Of a stretch of 64,000 bases of DNA, positions 60,298 to 64,000 are shown piece after piece. Each line of letters opens with the position of its first letter. The stretch's first letter is position 1. Location: contig CM075989.1 in assembly GCA_038087875.1 (NCBI GenBank), forward strand, positions 3,038,001 through 3,102,000, in the 5' to 3' direction. The notes under the pieces were generated by a model. It did no database searches, was not told where the DNA came from, and worked only from the letters and a program-made list of their open reading frames with translations. Both the position numbers and the translations under genes were made by a program. The DNA comes from Malacoraja senta. Taxonomy: Eukaryota.

Positions 60298-60992
60298 TCA
60301 CACACACCTTCCATCACACACACACACACACACTCCATCTCACACACACACACTCCATCTCTCACACACTCACACACACACTCACACTCCCTCTCAGACA
60401 CACATACCCTCCATCTCACACACACACCCCCATCTCACACACTCACACACACACACTCCATCTCACACACACACCCTCCATCTCACACACACATACACAT
60501 ACACTCACACAAACACACACCCCCCCATCTCTCACACACTCACACACACACTCTCCATCTCACACACACACACAACTCCACTCCATCCTCACACACACAC
60601 ACACACTTCATCACACACACACACACACCCATCTTCCACACACACACACACACTCCTCACACTCCCTCACACCCACACACACACCCACACACACACACAC
60701 TCCACACACCCTCACCACACACACACACACACCCTCCATCTCCACCCACTCACACACCCACTCACACACCCTCCATCTCACACACACACACCCTCCATCT
60801 CACACACACACACCCCCCACCATCTCACACACACACCACACCCTCCATCTCACACACACACACCCTCCATCCTCACACACACACACCCCCCATCTCACCA
60901 CACACACACACACCATCCCATCTCACACACACACACACCCTCCATCTCACACACACCCTCCACCACCACACACACACACACACATCATCCAT

Positions 60993-61026
<34 letters not shown>

Positions 61027-61851
61027 CACACGCACACACACCCTCCCTCTCACACACACACACCCTCCATCTCACACACACACACCCATCTCTCTCACAC
61101 ACACACTCTCCATCTCACACACACACACACACACACACCCTCCATCTCACACACACACACACACACACCCTCCATCTCTCTCACACTCACACACACACTC
61201 TCCATCTCACCCACACACACACTCCATCTCACACACACACACACTCACACTCCATCTCACACACACACACTCCATTCACACACCCACACACACACACTCA
61301 CACACACTCCATCTCACACACACACACTCCATCTCACACACACACATACACACCCTCCATCTCTCTCTCACACACACACACCCTCCATCTCACACACACA
61401 ATACATCTCTCATATACATACACACCCACACGCACACACACACTCCATCTCACACACACACACACTCCATCTCACACACACACATACACACCCTCCATCT
61501 CTCTCTCACACACACACACCCTCCATCTCACACACACAATACATCTCTCATATACGTACACACCCACACGCACACACACACTCCATCTCACACACACACA
61601 CACTCCATCTCACACACACACATACACACCCTCCATCTCTCTCTCACACACACACACCCTCCATCTCACACACACAATACATCTCTCATATACATACACA
61701 CCCACACGCACACACACACACTCCATCTCACACACACACACACCCTTCATCTCACACACACACACTCCATCTCACACACACACACCCTCCATCTCACACA
61801 CACACACCCTCCATCACACACACACTCCATCACACACACACACACCCTCCA

Positions 61852-61921
<70 letters not shown>

Positions 61922-62120
61922 ACACGCACACGCACACGCACACACGCACACGCACACACGCACACGCACACGCACGCACATGCACGCACGCACGCACCCA
62001 CGCACGCACACACACACACACACACCATCTCACACCCACCCACCATCTCTCACAAACTCACACATAAGCACACCCTCCATCTCACACACACAAACACCCT
62101 CCATCTCACACACACACATC
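60298..62120. repeat. (CA)n/CCATCT compound microsatellite
   Basis: CA runs punctuated by CTCCATCT; a ~120-bp higher-order unit is repeated around 61310-61730. Confidence 0.95.
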
Positions 62121-63784
62121 CGGGACATATGACAGTAAAACTCTCTTGATTATACTCAGGTCCGATTTCTGGACTGAGAGCGACCTCTGGACTGAGCTCA
62201 TCCTCTGGACTAAGCGCGACCTCCGGACTCAGCCACGGCTTGTAGCCTCACAGTTCACTTACTAAGGGCTCGTAGACTCACAGTTCAGTCACTCACGGCT
62301 TGTAGACTCACAGTTCACTCAGCAGGGCTTGTAGACTCACAGTTCTGGACACAACTCACTCACGGCTTCCAGGCTGACTGACTCACGCCCGGCCTCCGGG
62401 GCTTTATTCTCCTTGCCCCCGGAAGGGTCGTCACCTTCATGGTGACTGACAGGCGAGAAGACCAATCTGCTGATCTCACGATTTTTTAAACCTTCGTAAC
62501 AAGCAGGGCCCAGTACGATGGGCAAATATCCACCCCATTATCCACCCCTCAGCATGAGTTTAGTTTATTGTCACGTGTATCGAGGTGAAGTGAAAAGCTT
62601 TTATTTCATGCTATCCAGTCAGTGGAAAGACAATATATGATTACAATAAGGCCAAAATGTCACCCATTCCTTCTCTCCAGAGATGCTGACTGTCCCGCTG
62701 AGTTACTCCAGCATTTTGTGTCTACCTTCGATTTAAACCATCACCTGCAGTTCCTTCCCACACATTACAATCAAACCATTAGATATAGATACAGGATAAG
62801 GGAATAACGTTTAGTGCAAGGTAAAGCCAGCAAAGTCTAGTCAAGGATATTCTGAGGGACATCAAAGAGGTAGATAGTAGTTCAGCACTGCTCTCTGGTT
62901 GGTAGGATGATTCAGTTGACTGATAACAGCTGGAAAGAAACTGTCCCTGAATCTGGAGATGTGCATTTTCACACTTCTGTAACTTTAGCCTGATGGGAGA
63001 GAGGAGAAGAAGGAATGTGCTGGTGGCCTTGCCGAGGCAGCGTGATGTATAGATGTAGTCAATAGAATGGAGATAGACACAAAATGCTGGCGTAACTCAA
63101 CGGGACAATAGAAGGGTCTCGACCTGAATCGTCACCCATTCCTTCTCTCCGGAGATCTCTGGAGAGAAGGAATGGGTGACGCTGAGTTACTCCAGCTTTT
63201 GTCCCGCTGAGTTACTCCAGCTTTTTGTGTCTATATTCGGGACAATAGAAGGGTCGGATTGTGTGTTGGTCTGGGCTGCGCCTACAATTCGCTGCAATTC
63301 TCTTCACTCTGGCTGATAGAAATCCAGAGAATGTGACAATTTCCAGACCAAAGTGCTTTTAAAAATTGTCTTGACGTGATACAAATTAATTTCCATTTGT
63401 ATCTGCAGATTATCCAAAGCATCCTGCTTAAATAAACTGTTGTCACAGTCAGGTCCCTGACTGCGCAATAATTATTTATTCACTTTAATCCTATCTTTTT
63501 TGAGAATGTTTAACCAGAGCTTTAATGAATTGTGAGCTGTATTGGGTTTAAGTTTTTTAAAAAATTGCATTTTCCCATTGAGCAGATTTAAGCAGAAATG
63601 ATTATAAATCACTTCTGATGCAGGCTCGGGAGTCTAAAGAGAGATGATCTCACTAATCCAATCACTTTCACCTTTCCCCAGGCGACCTTCTACAATGCAC
63701 AAACAACGCACACACTGAATATCAGCCAGCTCATTCTTGTATTCACATCCACATGCTCCTCTCCCAAAGGTGTCAATTCCAGAT

Positions 63785-64000
63785 CAGTTCTGGGCACCGT
63801 GTTGTGGGAAAGATGTTGTCAAGCTGGAAAAGGGTGCAGAGAAGATTTACGGGGATGTTGCCAGGACTAGAGGGTCTGAGCTATAGGGAGAGTTTGAGCA
63901 GGCTGGGACTCTATTCCCTGGAGCGCAGGAGGATGAGGGGTGATCTTATAGAGGTGAACAAAATCACGAGAGGAATAAATCGGGTAGATGCACAGAGTCT
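63785..64000 (+). mobile_element. CR1 LINE fragment running off the window
   Basis: QFW...VQRRFTGMLPGLEGLSYRESLSRLGLYSLERRRMRGDLIEV. Confidence 0.8.

Larger units (their letters stand above)
59877..62518 (-). mobile_element. Probable non-autonomous Helitron
   Basis: Minus strand 5'-TC...hairpin TGGGACCC-AAC-GGGTCCCA, 6 nt, CTAG-3', inserted between A and T with no TSD. Confidence 0.7.

Noticed and set aside
60056..62149. 697- and 685-aa ORFs
   Set aside because: Translations of minisatellite plus CA microsatellite.

Overview
Eukaryotic, repeat-saturated genomic DNA, very likely from a cartilaginous fish (ray or skate). This is inferred from the HE1/V-SINE-type SINEs paired with CR1/HER1-type LINE tails. 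No host protein-coding gene can be supported. The window contains: two decayed Gypsy (Mag-like) LTR retrotransposons with intact boundaries (18797-31019 and 47070-51741, both minus); a small gag-only LTR deletion derivative (31838-32958); two DIRS1-type tyrosine-recombinase retrotransposons with terminal inverted repeats and internal complementary regions (24585-30324, 40847-45650); a near-intact CR1 ORF2 (12808-15495) plus many CR1 fragments; several Rex1/Babar LINE fragments; about 13 tRNA-derived SINEs; PIF/Harbinger-like MITEs; a probable non-autonomous Helitron carrying mini- and microsatellites (59877-62518); a tRNA-Arg-derived pseudogene; and roughly 20-30 short Penelope-derived repeats, many with a minimal hammerhead-ribozyme core. 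The most interesting signals are the hammerhead-bearing ~130-bp units that appear to move on their own, an alternating-hairpin 54-bp array inside one DIRS element, readable DIRS recombination junctions, the satellite-laden Helitron, and a hairpin-bearing non-coding family with Rex1-like tails. All calls are by eye; no database searches or folding were run, and coordinates of degenerate fragments are approximate.
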